Shown: piece after piece, positions 19,891 to 20,000 of the stretch
Position numbering within the stretch: position 1 is the stretch's first letter
Layout: every line of letters begins with the position of its first letter
Assembly: GCA_008632985.1 (NCBI GenBank)
Contig: QPGO01000259.1
Coordinates: forward strand, 57,413-77,412
DNA from: Psammoneis japonica
Taxonomy: Eukaryota
Direction: 5' to 3'
DNA: 20,000 nucleotides
Notes under the pieces: generated by a model
What the model saw: only the letters and a program-made list of their open reading frames with translations
Told to the model about the DNA's origin: nothing
The model's database searches: none
Translations under genes and position numbers: made by a program

Positions 19891-20000
19891 ACGCGTTCCA
19901 GCCCTAGGTGGGACTCCTTGTGACATTGGGCCCGTAGAATTCTACGTGCGAGCTCCGTAGTACGAGAATTTAATTAATGGACATGTTTATCTTCACATCA
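19891..20000. mobile_element. Left end of a little-mutated copy of the same TIR family (runs off the window)
   Basis: acgcgttccagccctaggtgggactccttgtgacattgggcccgtagaattctacgtgcgagctccgtagt aligns with the reverse complement of about 10115-10190. Preceded by cttttg. Confidence 0.8.

Overview
Eukaryotic genomic DNA, inferred to be diatom/stramenopile-like from the style of its transposons, in two contrasting states. (1) About 61-16300 and about 18800-19890 are hypermutated: TpA is almost absent, CpG is also lost in most of the first block, and both are replaced by TpG/CpA. This removes TAA/TAG stops and Tyr codons, so most ORFs in the six-frame track are spurious. Inside this zone I can read a decayed Ngaro-type (DIRS-order) tyrosine-recombinase retrotransposon with its full A1-[ORFs]-B1-A2-B2 split direct repeats (8083-12627, minus), a bacterial-type RtcB RNA ligase pseudogene (about 15123-16299), and a family of short TIR elements inserted at CNNNNG sites. 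(2) About 16300-18800 has normal composition and holds one intact intronless gene (minus strand) encoding an N-terminal GGDEF nucleotide-cyclase domain fused to a Cys-less pentameric ligand-gated ion channel. The two main candidates for an undescribed system are this GGDEF-channel fusion, which has a Hypr-like Asp-to-Thr change, and the TpA-targeted mutation process, which runs opposite to fungal RIP. All counts and alignments were done by eye.
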